A stretch of DNA of 63,214 nt, filler included, from Octopus bimaculoides (GCF_001194135.2; 8 parts of 7 records of this genome joined end to end with filler, not necessarily neighbours in it); one strand, 5' to 3'. Shown: positions 36,631 through 49,104, counted from the first letter of the whole stretch. The notes: generated by a model from the letters alone, not told the origin. Program-made: numbers and translations.

Positions 36631-36719
36631 GAGTCTTCCAAAATGGATAGTACTAGAGTTATGTAGTATACCATGTTCATATAACTCTAGTACTATCCAT
36701 ATTAGAAGACACAACATAT

Positions 36720-37394
36720 TATGAAAACGCCCAACACTACAGTCAGCATAAAATAACGAGAGACCTCAAATCCATGTTAAACCTATACAGAGAAGGAGTC
36801 ACCGACAAAGAATATGACTAAATGACCAATTTCAAATGTAAAACCAGTCAATTCTACGGTTTTCCCAGGATACACAGAAGTGAGAAAATACGTAACGCAT
36901 ACAGGATAGCCACAGACATAATAATCAAAGTCCCTACTCCTAATGACCTCAAATTGAAACCTAAAATAGCAGGTCCCGCATGCGAAAACCACCGCCTCAG
37001 TAACTATTTAGATACCCTCTTAAAACCATTCCCCAAGCATATCAAAAGTTACATAAGGGACGACCTGGATATGCTCAATCACCTTCCTGAAACAATAAAC
37101 AAAAACACTCTACTAGTATCCTTCGATCTAGTCAACCTCTATTCCAATTTCCCCCACAACCTAAGAATAGAGGCAATTCAATTCTGGCTAGAGAATTACG
37201 CCAACGAACTCCCACATCACATCAAAAAAGAATTCGTGATAGAAGGGCTAAAATTCGCCTTGGAAAATAACTACTTCATCTTCAAAGAAAACTTCTATCG
37301 ACAAAAATTGGGGACTGCGATGGGTACGAGAATAGCCTGCTCCTTTGCTAACCTAGTCATGGGATATCTAGAAATTAGGCTTTATCGTAAGGTT
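36720..37394 (+). mobile_element. Penelope-like element reverse transcriptase fragment
   Basis: FYGFPRIH, LKPKIAG, SFDLVNLYSN and FYRQKLGTAMG motifs; one stop; runs into a gap. Confidence 0.88.
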
Positions 37395-37859
37395 NNNNNN
37401 NNNNNNNNNNNNNNNNNNNNNNNNNNNNNNNNNNNNNNTTAATTAATTAANNNNNNNNNNNNNNNNNNNNNNNNNNNNNNNNNNNNNNNNNNNNAATGTT
37501 TAATGTAAGGAAACAGCCATTGAGAAGTCTATGTTTACATATATATGTCTCTTCTTTAGTTTTTCTTTATAGTGTCATCACCTGTATTCACATGTACCAT
37601 AGTTTAACATGACTGTGTTTAGCTTGTATAGAGAAAGAGAAAGAGAAAGAGAGAGAGAGAGGGGGTGGAGATAGAAGAAAATAGAGAGAAGAGTGTTGTT
37701 TATTAACAAAGCTAAAACAAATTAAAACTGTAAAAACATTCATCAAAAATGTATTTCTATATTTTGTTCTGTACTGGGAGAGTCATCATGCTAATAATAA
37801 ACACACTCACTGGTTTTCTTTCACTTCTTTATCTTTATTTGTCAATATTTCTATAATTG

Positions 37860-38235
37860 TTAAGGTGGCAAGCACATGGAGCAAAAATGCTTAGCAGCAT
37901 TCATCCATCTTCACATTCTGAGTTCAAATTTTGCTGAGGTCGATTTGGCTTTTCCTCCTTTCAGGGTTGACGAAAGAAGTACCATTCAAGTACTGGGCTT
38001 TATGTAGTCTACTATCTCCCTCTCCCAATTTCAGGCCTGGCAGAATCGTTAGCACGCCAGACGAAATGTTTAGTAGTATTTTGCCAGACCCTACGTCGTA
38101 AGTTCAAATTTCGCCAAGGTCGACTTCGCCTTTCATCCTTTCAGGGTTGATAAAATAAGTACCAGTCACGCACTGGGGTCAATGTAATCGACTTAATCCC
38201 CTCTCCCCAAGCTGCCCTTGTGGCAAAAATTTGAA
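37860..38235 (+). mobile_element. Two tandem SINE family B copies
   Basis: Typical head and core; located just past the ENOSF1 polyA signal. Confidence 0.8.
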
Positions 38236-38486
38236 CTCATCATCATCATTATTATTATAAGATTTAATATGGTAAAAGAATCAGGAAAAAAATTGTCAAT
38301 TAAAGATATTGGAACTGAGAATTATTGGTCAGTTTTTGGCAGATCTGAGAAGATGCCATTATGGCATTTATTTGGTAATTATCAAAATATTGATAAACAA
38401 TTAAAACAACAATTAAAACAAAAAGAATCAAAGTCAATTTAGTTATTTCTTTCTTCCAATTATTAATTAATAACAAATGAATTCTT

Positions 38487-38594
38487 TCATGGGGTAAAGA
38501 GGCCATCCACAAATAGCTTTTGCCATTCACTTCCATTGGGGTACTCAAATTCTTTCAGGGAAGATTCCTTCATCTCAGAACTGAATCCTGGTTT
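38487..38594 (-). CDS. ENOSF1: ENOSF1 (L-fuconate dehydratase, enolase superfamily) last exon: KPGFSSEMKESSLKEFEYPNGSEWQKLFVDGLFTP*
   Basis: Matches the ENOSF1 C-terminus (PGYSTEMK...YPDG..W); acceptor gactttcag|; TGA stop; AATAAA at 38372..38367. Confidence 0.93.
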   Translation of the reverse strand, partial: KPGFSSEMKESSLKEFEYPNGSEWQKLFVDGLFTP

Positions 38595-38889
38595 CTGAAA
38601 GTCATAAAACAACAATACTGAAACATCTTCCATTTCAGAAAATTACTTATGAATATTAAAATCTATGGGTCTGTATAAGCAGTCGTTGTTGGTGAGGGTT
38701 TTACGAGGTCAGAGTACAAATCCTACCACAACCCCTTTTAGTTACCTTTTTATGAGATGCAGAGGAAACATTGGGTCTATTCTTTGACATTGTGGTCCCC
38801 CACAATTAGAGTAAAGGGGGACATAAGATTTAATAAAAAGATGGTGATGATGATAATGATGATGATGATGGGAATGGGTAATGATGATG

Positions 38890-39120
38890 ACAATGGTGAT
38901 TATCATCATTGAACATCCACGTTCCCTTTTGGCATGGGTTGGATGGTTTCACGAGATCCGATGGATACAAGGTGTGCATCATGTACCAATGTCTACTTTG
39001 GCATGACTTCCGCACTTGGCTGCTCTTCCTAATGCCAAACACTTTACAGAATGTACTGGTTGCTCTTGTGTTTTTTTTTTTCTTTGTGGCACCAGCACTT
39101 GTGGGGTCATCCTACAGCCT
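38890..39120 (-). mobile_element. RTE-LINE 3' end, decayed
   Basis: ggcatgggttggatggtt...cttcctaatgccaa motif. Confidence 0.65.
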
Positions 39121-39705
39121 ACAAAACGAAGATCCTCTTTGATTGAGTGGGCTGCAGTAAAGAGGAAAGTAGATTTATGCTATGGGGCAAAAAGATTAAA
39201 CTGTGAAAGAAGGGGTCAGAATAGAATAGGTTTCTTGCTGCAGAGTAACTACGCAGCTACTCAAATTATAGATGAGAGGGTGAAAGTGGTTGGGGTGGAA
39301 CTGGAAAGAGATAAAAACTGTGATGATTGGGAATCAGAGTGAATGCTGAAGGTATGAGATGAGTTGAAGTAACAGCAGACAGAAGAACAGGAAGTGTGAG
39401 TGGGTCGAAGTTGCAAGAGTGCTTGGGAGAATGAGAGATGGCTAGAGATAACAAATAGGGGAGAGGGTGAATATTATGTGTCAAGGGATGATAAAGAATG
39501 ATATGTGTCAAGGGATGATAAGTAGGGGCAGTTGGGAAGAGGGAAGAGTAGGTGACAACTGTAAAAAAACTGGGTACGGTTAAATGTCAATCAAGAATAC
39601 ATGAGTTGGAGGGCAGGTAGGGGAGAGGAGATAGTCTGTTGTACTTTATATATGAATGTGTGTGTGTGTGTGTATGACATATGAAAGCAAATTCTTCAAA
39701 CTTAC

Positions 39706-39787
39706 TAATGGAACTTGGTAGTAACCATTCTTTACTTGAACAGGATTCAAGAAATGTTCATGTAAATGACTTGCGTATTCTACAACA
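39706..39787 (-). CDS. ENOSF1: ENOSF1 exon: (S)VVEYASHLHEHFLNPVQVKNGYYQVPL
   Basis: EY..HLHEHF motif; tttatttcag| and |gtaagt; phase 2 to phase 0. Confidence 0.93.
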
Positions 39788-39879
39788 CTGAAATAAATAG
39801 AAATAGTATTGGGTTAAGATCTGATTTTGTTTTTCCCGATGGCTATTTTCTGAATGTTTGTCTATCACTAAAGTCAGCA

Positions 39880-40070
39880 AGCTGCCCTGAATTGTTAGGC
39901 AAAATGCTTAGCAGTCTTTACGTTCTGAGTTCAAATTCCACCAAGGACAACTTTGCTTTCATCCTTTTAGGGTTGATAAAATAAGTACCAGTTGAGCAGT
40001 GGGGGTCACTGTAATTAACTTAGCCCCTCCCCCAAAATCGCTGGCCCTGTGCCAAAATTTGAAATCAATA
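39880..40070 (+). mobile_element. SINE family B
   Basis: aaatgcttagc...gttctgagttcaaattcc...aagtaccag. Confidence 0.8.
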
Positions 40071-40589
40071 TTTGTGTATCACTTGTTTTTTTTTAATTTT
40101 TTTTTTTTGCGATTACAGTTTACACAAAATAAAACAAATGTGTGTAGAAACTTCTAAGTGTATGAAATGTAAATTTTTCATATTTGCACAAAATTAAAAT
40201 GTAAATTTTATAATTTAAATTTATAATTTATAATTTAAATGTAAATTTTATAAAATGTAAATTTTTCATAGTTGCACGAAATTACTGATTTGTATAAGAG
40301 GGTGAGTTTAGTTGATGGAATCAACTAGGAATAGCTACAGGTGCAGGAGTGGCTGTGTGGTAAGAAGCTTGCTTCCCAACCACATAGTTCCAGGTTTAAT
40401 CCCACAGTGTGGCACCTTGGGCAAAGTAATTTAATGCAAATTAATTTGAAAATACAGCATTTAAAACCAAAATTAAAAATTCCACAAGAACTTTCTTGAC
40501 AACCTAATATTTCTTTATAGAAAAATAAGTTCATAAATAATGAAGTGTATAAGCCCAAATAATTAATATATATACTATATGATGATGAT

Positions 40590-40900
40590 GATCATCATCA
40601 TCGTTTAACGTTCATTTTCCATGCTGGCATGGGTTGGATGGTTTGACTGAGCACTGGTAAGCCAGGAGGCTGCACCAAGCTCCAATCTGATCTGGCAGTG
40701 TTTCTACAGCTGGATGCTCATCCTAATGCCAACCACTCTGAGAGCGTAGTGGGTGCTTTTTACGTGCCACTGGCATGGGGGCCAGTCAGGCAGCACTGGC
40801 ATCGGCCACCATGTTTGGATGGTGCTTTTTATGTGCCACTGGCACAGGAGCCAGTTAGGCGGCACTGGCATTGGCCACAACAACAATCTCCATTTCTGAT
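40590..40900 (-). mobile_element. RTE-LINE 3' end
   Basis: Same family as 4178 and 17560. Confidence 0.8.
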
Positions 40901-41240
40901 TGTGATTTTGATATATATTTTTTACACACACACACACACACACAGACACACACACACACACACTAATATAACAAGCAGAGAGCAGAATTGTTGGTATCAT
41001 GTTTATTCCCTGGTTTACAACTGTTTCAATAGCATTTTGTTGATGGATGACAAATCACATAAGTTGGTAAACATAGAGAACAGTAATACTCTTGTAGAAA
41101 TTATATAATGTTATATGATATTATATAATATTATGTAATGAAATACACAGTGTGTGTGTGTGTGTGCATGTGTGTGTGTAGTTATAGACATTCTTAGTTT
41201 GTATTGCAGAAATGGAACTAAACAGAGAGAACTGGATTAC

Positions 41241-41334
41241 CTGAGTTTTCCCGAGACACAAACGTAATCAAACATTGAAAGGTGTTGTACCAACTCACAC
41301 AGACCAACACCACCAGCATGCGGACATACAGGAA
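41241..41334 (-). CDS. ENOSF1: ENOSF1 exon: [31 protein letters not shown]
   Basis: Diagnostic [16 protein letters not shown] with the catalytic His; cattgtacag| and |gtaatc. Confidence 0.95.
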
Positions 41335-41992
41335 CTGTACAATGAGAGAGAAAAATATACGGAAAATAAAAGAGCTGGAATATTTTTCTAGAGGTTTCTG
41401 TGAGTGAACAAGATAAATAATTAATTCTTACAGATACCAACTTAAAAATAACTGTCTCAGTCTTATGTGAGAACCATGGACAGTGACTCTTTCTCCTGAT
41501 GAAACAAGATTTTGTGAAATAATTTTAAGTTGTTGTTGCCTGAAGCTGACCTGGAGTAGAGAAGGTATGTCATTGAAGAGGTCACGGATGTCAACAAAAG
41601 GACTTAGGCAATCACAAACGATTGATTGATTAATCAAATGATCAATCAAGCAATTGATTAGCTACTTGGTTAAAAAGCTAGTCAATTTATGAATAATAAA
41701 GAAGTGAAATTGAAACTGTGTGTGTGTATACTTATATTTGGCATAATGACCCTCCCAAGATGCCACAAAATCTGTTTCAACACAAGAGTTCATATCACAA
41801 ACCTTGTAAACCNNNNNNNNNNNNNNNNNNNNNNNNNNNNNNNNNNNNNNNNNNNNNNNNNNNNNNNNNNNNNNNNNNNNNNNNNNNNNNNNNNNNNNNN
41901 NNNNNNNNNNNNNNNNNNNNNNNNNNNNNNNNNNNNNNNNNNNNNNNNNNNNNNNNNNNNNNNNNNNNNNNNNNNNNNNNNNNNNNNNNNNN

Positions 41993-42148
41993 CATTAAAA
42001 TAACTGCAAGGTTTTCATTAACTCCTCCAAGACGGCAACTGTCTATTTGACAGAAATCCATGGCCTTTCCTTGTAAGAATTGTTTGAACATGATTCGATT
42101 CTGACATTGTTCTCCAGTGGCTATTCCAATCTTCAGTGGTCTGAGATT
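41993..42148 (-). CDS. ENOSF1: ENOSF1 exon, 3' end lost in a gap: NLRPLKIGIATGEQCQNRIMFKQFLQGKAMDFCQIDSCRLGGVNENLAVILM
   Basis: ATGEQ metal ligand and QIDSCRL motif; acceptor tttttaattgccag|. Confidence 0.94.
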
Positions 42149-42224
42149 CTGGCAATTAAAAAAAGTAACAAAAGTAGAATTATTACATTATTTTGGCAAA
42201 TGAATTACTATAGAAGATTAGTTG

Positions 42225-42512
42225 CTATAGTGGCTATAGTAGAAGACATTTACCCAAGGTGCCACGAGGTGGGACTGAACCTGGAACCATGTGGTTGGGA
42301 AGCAAGCATCTTAACACATAGCCACACCTGTGCCTATATATATATATATATACAATCGGCTTCTTTCAGTTTCGGCCTACCAAATCCACTCACACGGCTT
42401 TGGTTGTATTGAGGCTGTAGTAGAAGATATTGACCAAGGTGCCACACAGTGGGACCCAACCCAGAACCATGTGGTTGAGAAGCAAGATTCTTACTACACA
42501 GCCACCTCTGTG
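42225..42512 (-). mobile_element. Two tandem partial SINE family A copies
   Basis: Repeated ccaaggtgccac..gtgggac..aacc unit. Confidence 0.78.
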
Positions 42513-43854
42513 CCAATGTCTATGGCAGAAAGCATTATAATAACCACACGAAACAAAGCATGACTGTGGTTGTGTATGTAAGTTTATTAGAATAACCTAC
42601 TTTACCAAACAGAAGAAGATAAAGCAATGACATGGTGTAGAAGGCTATTATAATTCTTTTAAAGGGCTAATTGGTTACATTGATCCCCAGTGTGTAACTG
42701 GTACTTATTTCATAACCTTGAAAGGATGGAAGTCAAAGCTGACCTCAGTGGAATTTGAACTCAAAACATTTTTTTATTTTTTTGTCTTGCAAGTTACTTG
42801 GTGACCCTGTCAGTGCAGGTGCCACTTAAAAGGACCCAGACCATGCTGTAAAGTGGTTAGTGTTCAGAAGGGCATCCAGCTTTAAAAACCTTGCCAAAAC
42901 TGACCTCGCTTGTGTTTGTGCCACGTAAAAAGCACTAAGTCCACTCTGCTGAATGTTTGGTGTTAAGAAGGGCCTCATCATCATCATCATCATCATCATC
43001 ATAATCATCATCATCCAGTGTTTTAAATCTGGGCTTTGGCCCGTTAATGGGGGTGGATGGATCTACCACAATGCCATAGCAACCAAAGTAGGCAGGTACA
43101 GCCCACCCCAACCTTTGCGCTGGCTGGTGCCCATTCTCTTTTACTATCATTAGGCTTTTTTGGAGCTGGATTTTCTACGGGGAGCATGCCCTTGCTTACC
43201 CCCAACCTCAGTTTCTAGACATGAGTGGTCCTGAGACCAAGGCCTCTACCATGATTTTTAAGAAATGTGACGGTAAACTAGCTCAGGAAGGTAGGGATGC
43301 TACTCCCTGAGACTCCTCTCGGTGCCTCCCTACCTAAGCTGTAAAAATCCTGCCAAAACAGTCACAGAAGTCTGGTACAGGCTTCTGCCTGGCCAGCTCT
43401 TGTGNNNNNNNNNNNNNNNNNNNNNNNNNNNNNNNNNNNNNNNNNNNNNNNNNNNNNNNNNNNNNNNNNNNNNNNNNNNNNNNNNNNNNNNNNNNNNNNN
43501 NNNNNNNNNNNNNNNNNNNNNNNNNNNNNNNNNNNNNNNNNNNNNNNNNNNNNNNNNNNNNNNNNNNNNNNNNNNNNNNNNNNNNNNNNNNNNNNNNNNN
43601 NNNNNNNNNNNNNNNNNNNNNNNNNNNNNNNNNNNNNNNNNNNNNNNNNNNNNNNNNNNNNNNNNNNNNNNNNNNNNNNNNNNNNNNNNNNNNNNGATCA
43701 ACATAAAGTTGAGTGAAATGCTGCTAAACATTTTGTCAGGTGTGCTAATGGTTCTGCTAATTATGTTATTACTAATAACTTAGTTTACCAATTTGAAGGA
43801 TACACAGGAATGATAATGTTTAGTTATATGCAAGAATTTGTTCTATAAACTTAC

Positions 43855-43989
43855 TTGACCAATCAGAGCATGTCCAGCAATGTCATCAGGACTTGTTGGT
43901 TCTTCAATCCACAGAGGTTTGTATTCGGCCAATTCTTTCATCCAATCAATTGCTTCTTGTACTTCCCATTTTTGATTGGCATCAACCAT
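43855..43989 (-). CDS. ENOSF1: ENOSF1 exon: [45 protein letters not shown]
   Basis: DANQ and WIEEPT metal ligands; gtatttag| and |gtaagt; phase 0 to phase 0. Confidence 0.95.
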
Positions 43990-44174
43990 CTAAATACAGA
44001 AATCAATACAGTAGAACCTTGCAGTATGAGTGTCCCATTGTATGAGTAATTTGCTGTACAAGCCGAGACTCGTGCAAATTTTTCATGAAGTATGAGTGGA
44101 AATCTGCAGTACGAGCACACAAGTTGTCCCATCTTTAAGGTAATTCATTTATATAAACAGGAAACAACTGTAAA

Positions 44175-44777
44175 CAAACAGGAAACAACTTCTATCTCAT
44201 TCCCGGGTGAAAAACTAGAGGTAGTCGATAGCTTCCACTATCTGGGCGGCCAAGTTAGTAGTGGGGGTGGGTGCGCTGAAAGTGTAGCTGCTAGAATAAG
44301 AATAGCCTGGGCAAAGTTTAGAGAGCTCTTACCCCTGCTGGTGACAAAGGGACTCTCACTCAGAGTAAAAGGCAGACTGTATGACGCATGCGTACGAACA
44401 GCCATGCTACATGGCAGTGAAACATGGGCTGTAACTGCTGAGGACATACGTAAGCTCGCAAGGAATGAAGCCAGTATGCTCCGTTGGATGTGTAATGTCA
44501 ATGTGAATACCCGTCAGAGTGTAAGTNNNNNNNNNNNNNNNNNNNNNNNNNNNNNNNNNNNNNNNNNNNNNNNNNNNNNNNNNNNNNNNNNNNNNNNNNN
44601 NNNNNNNNNNNNNNNNNNNNNNNNNNNNNNNNNNNNNNNNNNNNNNNNNNNNNNNNNNNNNNNNNNNNNNNNNNNNNNNNNNNNNNNNNNNNNNNNNNNN
44701 NNNNNNNNNNNNNNNNNNNNNNNNNNNNNNNNNNNNNNNNNNNNNNNNNNNNNNNNNNGATGATGATGATGATGATA
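44175..44777 (+). mobile_element. 5'-truncated RTE LINE, gap-interrupted, with (GAT)n tail
   Basis: EVVDSFHYLG...ARIRIAWAKFREL...LHGSETW is an RTE post-RT signature. Confidence 0.85.
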
Positions 44778-44854
44778 CTTTATTTAAAAGCAGCTGCGAT
44801 GCTTAATCAAAAATCACAACAACAACAACAATAATTATTAAAACAAATACAAAC

Positions 44855-44942
44855 CAAAACGTTGTTAAACCCAATCTGTTCACGGATAATCTGACATCTT
44901 CTTTTGTCGTCTTCCAAGTTAGATCCGACCTTGGCTTTAAAT
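44855..44942 (-). CDS. ENOSF1: ENOSF1 exon: (K)FKAKVGSNLEDDKRRCQIIREQIGFNNVL
   Basis: KxK catalytic motif; ctccgacag| and |gtttgt. Confidence 0.93.
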
Positions 44943-45116
44943 CTGTCGGAGATATTGGGAGAAGATTTTGAGATGCTGAGTTATTTTATGGGGCAGAATG
45001 GGCAAGGGGGATAAATACTCATCCACATATAGGTACCTGGGTCTTTATGCAAACACACACACACACACATATATACATACATACACATATAATATTTATA
45101 TGTTAATATATATAGC

Positions 45117-45335
45117 GCTAAGGCAGCGAGCTGGCAGAATCGTTAGCACACCGGGTGAAATGCTTAGCGGTATTTCATCTGTATGTTCTGAGTTCAAATT
45201 CTGCTAAGGTCAACATTGCCTTTCATCCTTTTGGGGGTTGATGAAATAAGTACCAGTTACTCACTGGGGTCAATATAATCGACTAGCCCCTCTCCCCCAA
45301 AATTTTGAAGGCCTTATTCCTAGAGTAGAAATATT
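45117..45335 (+). mobile_element. SINE family B, near full length
   Basis: aaggcagcgagctggcagaatcgttagcacaccgggtgaaatgc head. Confidence 0.85.
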
Positions 45336-45359
45336 TACACAGGGCGAAATGCTTACTCT

Positions 45360-46386
45360 GTTTTTACTCTTTTTACTCTCTTTTTACTGGTTTCAGTAAT
45401 TTGACTGCGGCCATGCTGGAGCACCACCTTTAGTCGAGCAAATCGACCCCAGGATTTATTCTTTGTAAGCGTAGTACTTATTCCATCGGTCTCTTTTGCT
45501 GAANNNNNNNNNNNNNNNNNNNNNNNNNNNNNNNNNNNNNNNNNNNNNNNNNNNNNNNNNNNNNNNNNNNNNNNNNNNNNNNNNNNNNNNNNNNNNNNNN
45601 NNNNNNNNNNNNNNNNNNNNNNNNNNNNNNNNNNNNNNNNNNNNNNNNNNNNNNNNNNNNNNNNNNNNNNNNNNNNNNNNNNNNNNNNNNNNNNNNNNNN
45701 NNNNNNNNNNNNNNNNNNNNNNNNNNNNNNNNNNNNNNNNNNNNNNNNNNNNNNNNNNNNNNNNNNNNNNNNNNNNNNNNNNNNNNNNNNNNNNNNNNNN
45801 NNNNNNNNNNNNNNNNNNNNNNNNNNNNNNNNNNNNNNNNNNNNNNNNNNNNNNNNNNNNNNNNNNNNNNNNNNNNNNNNNNNNNNNNNNNNNNNNNNNN
45901 NNNNNNNNNNNNNNNNNNNNNNNNNNNNNNNNNNNNNNNNNNNNNNNNNNNNNNNNNNNNNNNNNNNNNNNNNNNNNNNNNNNNNNNNNNNNNNNNNNNN
46001 NNNNNNNNNNNNNNNNNNNNNNNNNNNNNNNNNNNNNNNNNNNNNNNNNNNNNNNNNNNNNNNNNNNNNNNNNNNNNNNNNNNNNNNNNNNNNNNNNNNN
46101 NNNNNNNNNNNNNNNNNNNNNNNNNNNNNNNNNNNNNNNNNNNNNNNNNNNNNNNNNNNNNNNNNNNNNNNNNNNNNNNNNNNNNNNNNNNNNNNNNNNN
46201 NNNNNNNNNNNNTGGGTGCTTTTACGTGTCACCCGCACGAACGTGCAGTTTCCATCTACCAAATCCACTCACAAGGCTTTGGTCGGCCCGAGGCTACAGT
46301 AGAAGGCACTTGCCCAAGGTGCCACGCAGTGGGACTGAACCTGGAACCATGTGGTTGGTAAGCAAGCTACTTACCACACAGCCACT
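45360..46386 (-). mobile_element. SINE family A pieces flanking a gap
   Basis: 3' domain at 45360..45503 and head at about 46245..46386. Confidence 0.7.
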
Positions 46387-46572
46387 TACGTTCTGAGTTC
46401 AAATACCACCGAAGTTGACATTGCCTTTCATCTCCTAGCATAAAGTGAGAGGGGGGGTTAGAAATAGATAGACAGAGAGAGAAAAAGAGAGAGAGAGTGT
46501 GTGTGTGTGTGTGTGAAGGAGGGAAATTTTAACATGTGAATCATGAAGAAATTGAAAATAGTCTTAACGTAC

Positions 46573-46607
46573 TTTGTAAATCCTTCCGCGAGAGCCTCTC
46601 TACAAAG
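46573..46607 (-). CDS. ENOSF1: ENOSF1 exon: LCREALAEGFT(K)
   Basis: 35-nt exon, ttgtcgtttcag| and |gtacgt; corresponds to the LCAQALKDGWTR segment of ENOSF1; phase 2 joins the next exon. Confidence 0.85.
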
Positions 46608-46864
46608 CTGAAACGACAAATATCTAATATATTTTAATTACACAGTCCTTGTTTAATTAGGTAAAAAGAATAAAGTTTCTAATCAACTGAGATAATTAAT
46701 TGCTCTTCTTCAAGTGAAGAATGAGATTGAGAACAAATTCGGTTTAAGTTCAAAGAATCACAGAAAGAATTTGCTACCAAAACAGACAGAAACTATGAAT
46801 CTTGAATCTTATGTCTGTTTTTTTTTCTTTTCTTCTTTTATGTATGTTTTGCATACATTCATTG

Positions 46865-47270
46865 TCTTCATCATCATCATCCTCACCATCAACATAACTG
46901 CCATCATTACCACCCTCCCCCCTTCCTCCTCCCCATCATCACCATCACCATCACCATCATCATCCTGATCATCGTCGTTGTCATTGTCATCATCATCATC
47001 ATCATCATCATCATCGTCTTCAACATCATCATCATCATCACCCTGATCATCTTCATCACCACCATCATCATCATCATTATCCTCGCCAAAACCNNNNNNN
47101 NNNNNNNNNNNNNNNNNNNNNNNNNNNNNNNNNNNNNTTAATTAATTAANNNNNNNNNNNNNNNNNNNNNNNNNNNNNNNNNNNNNNNNNNNNCATCGTC
47201 TTTATCATCATCATCGTCTTCATCATCATCATCACCAATCATCATCATCGTCTTCACCATCATCATCATC

Positions 47271-47302
<32 letters not shown>

Positions 47303-47351
47303 CGTCAATAACAGTAACAGTAACAATCAGAACAATCACAAGAAAAGCAAC

Positions 47352-47385
<34 letters not shown>

Positions 47386-47420
47386 ACGACAACAACAACA
47401 ACAACAATAATAATAATGTC
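46865..47420. repeat. (CAT)n/(CAA)n trinucleotide tracts around a gap
   Basis: Visible directly. Confidence 0.9.
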
Positions 47421-47529
47421 GACCAAATGTGTTTTCCGTCATCTCGTTACGTTTAAGATGTAATTGATGTCTGAATAAGGGGTTGGGCCCGGGAGGGGAG
47501 TAGATGTATGATACATGTTCCTGTGTTGG

Positions 47530-47581
47530 TAATTATACCTGTCCTAAACAAAATGGCATTACCTTTTGACTCACCCTCGTA
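47530..47581 (-). mobile_element. Mariner-type terminus remnant
   Basis: Minus strand reads TA|CGAGGGTGAGTCAAAAGGTAATGCC. Confidence 0.4.
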
Positions 47582-49057
47582 CTTAGATACACCAATATCA
47601 CAGAACGTGTAATTGCTTCACTCCTGCGTAACGCTGCCCTTTTCGACAAAACAAATCCGCCATTTACACTTTCGCCTCAACTAAGCATCTTGTAGTACTT
47701 GTTGCTTTCGTTATTGCTGTTGCTGCTGCTGCTGTTGTTGTTGTTGTTGTTGTTGCAGTGTAGATTAGTTTATTTAGTTCGCCATTGATTCCGTAGATCT
47801 GTGGCCATTGGCGTTCCGGTCGTGACATCCCTTTTCCATTATTCGGACGGTATATCTGAGACGACCTTTGTCCAATGCAGCTCTCCGTGACCAACACCAC
47901 CAACAAACAGTACCGGACGTCATCCCCATGGCTACAACTACGACGACCACCGGCAGCACCACCACCACCATCATCATTATCCTCACCACCACCACCACCA
48001 CAACCACCACCCCGATCACCACCACCACCACCACCACCACACAACTACCTCCATCACCGCCATCATCACCATCACCACCGCCACCTCAATCACCACNNNN
48101 NNNNNNNNNNNNNNNNNNNNNNNNNNNNNNNNNNNNNNNNNNNNNNNNNNNNNNNNNNNNNNNNNNNNNNNNNNNNNNNNNNNNNNNNNNNNNNNNNNNN
48201 NNNNNNNNNNNNNNNNNNNNNNNNNNNNNNNNNNNNNNNNNNNNNNNNNNNNNNNNNNNNNNNNNNNNNNNNNNNNNNNNNNNNNNNNNNNNNNNNNNNN
48301 NNNNNNNNNNNNNNNNNNNNNNNNNNNNNNNNNNNNNNNNNNNNNNNNNNNNNNNNNNNNNNNNNNNNNNNNNNNNNNNNNNNNNNNNNNNNNNNNNNNN
48401 NNNNNNNNNNNNNNNNNNNNNNNNNNNNNNNNNNNNNNNNNNNNNNNNNNNNNNNNNNNNNNNNNNNNNNNNNNNNNNNNNNNNNNNNNNNNNNNNNNNN
48501 NNNNNNNNNNNNNNNNNNNNNNNNNNNNNNNNNNNNNNNNNNNNNNNNNNNNNNNNNNNNNNNNNNNNNNNNNNNNNNNNNNNNNNNNNNNNNNNNNNNN
48601 NNNNNNNNNNNNNNNNNNNNNNNNNNNNNNNNNNNNNNNNNNNNNNNNNNNNNNNNNNNNNNNNNNNNNNNNNNNNNNNNNNNNNNNNNNNNNNNNNNNN
48701 NNNNNNNNNNNNNNNNNNNNNNNNNNNNNNNNNNNNNNNNNNNNNNNNNNNNNNNNNNNNNNNNNNNNNNNNNNNNNNNNNNNNNNNNNNNNNNNNNNNN
48801 NNNNNNNNNNNNNNNNNNNNNNNNNNNNNNNNNNNNNNNNNNNNNNNNNNNNNNNNNNNNNNNNNNNNNNNNNNNNNNNNNNNNNNNNNNNNNNNNNNNN
48901 NNNNNNNNNNNNNNNNNNNNNNNNNNNNNNNNNNNNNNNNNNNNNNNNNNNNNNNNNNNNNNNNNNNNNNNNNNNNNNNNNNNNNNNNNNNNNNNNNNNN
49001 NNNNNNNNNNNNNNNNNNNNNNNNNNNNNNNNNNNNNNNNNNNNNNNNNNNNNNNNN

Positions 49058-49104
<47 letters not shown>

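Noticed and set aside
36315-36680. Stand-alone C2H2-ZNF gene
   Set aside because: No credible start or acceptor, the first finger is truncated, the linkers are non-canonical, and the 3' end is retroelement-like.
29435-46607. Functional cluster of a fuconate dehydratase and an MFS transporter, as in bacterial fucose operons
   Set aside because: Both are ordinary intron-rich animal genes; adjacency alone gives no evidence of horizontal transfer or co-function.
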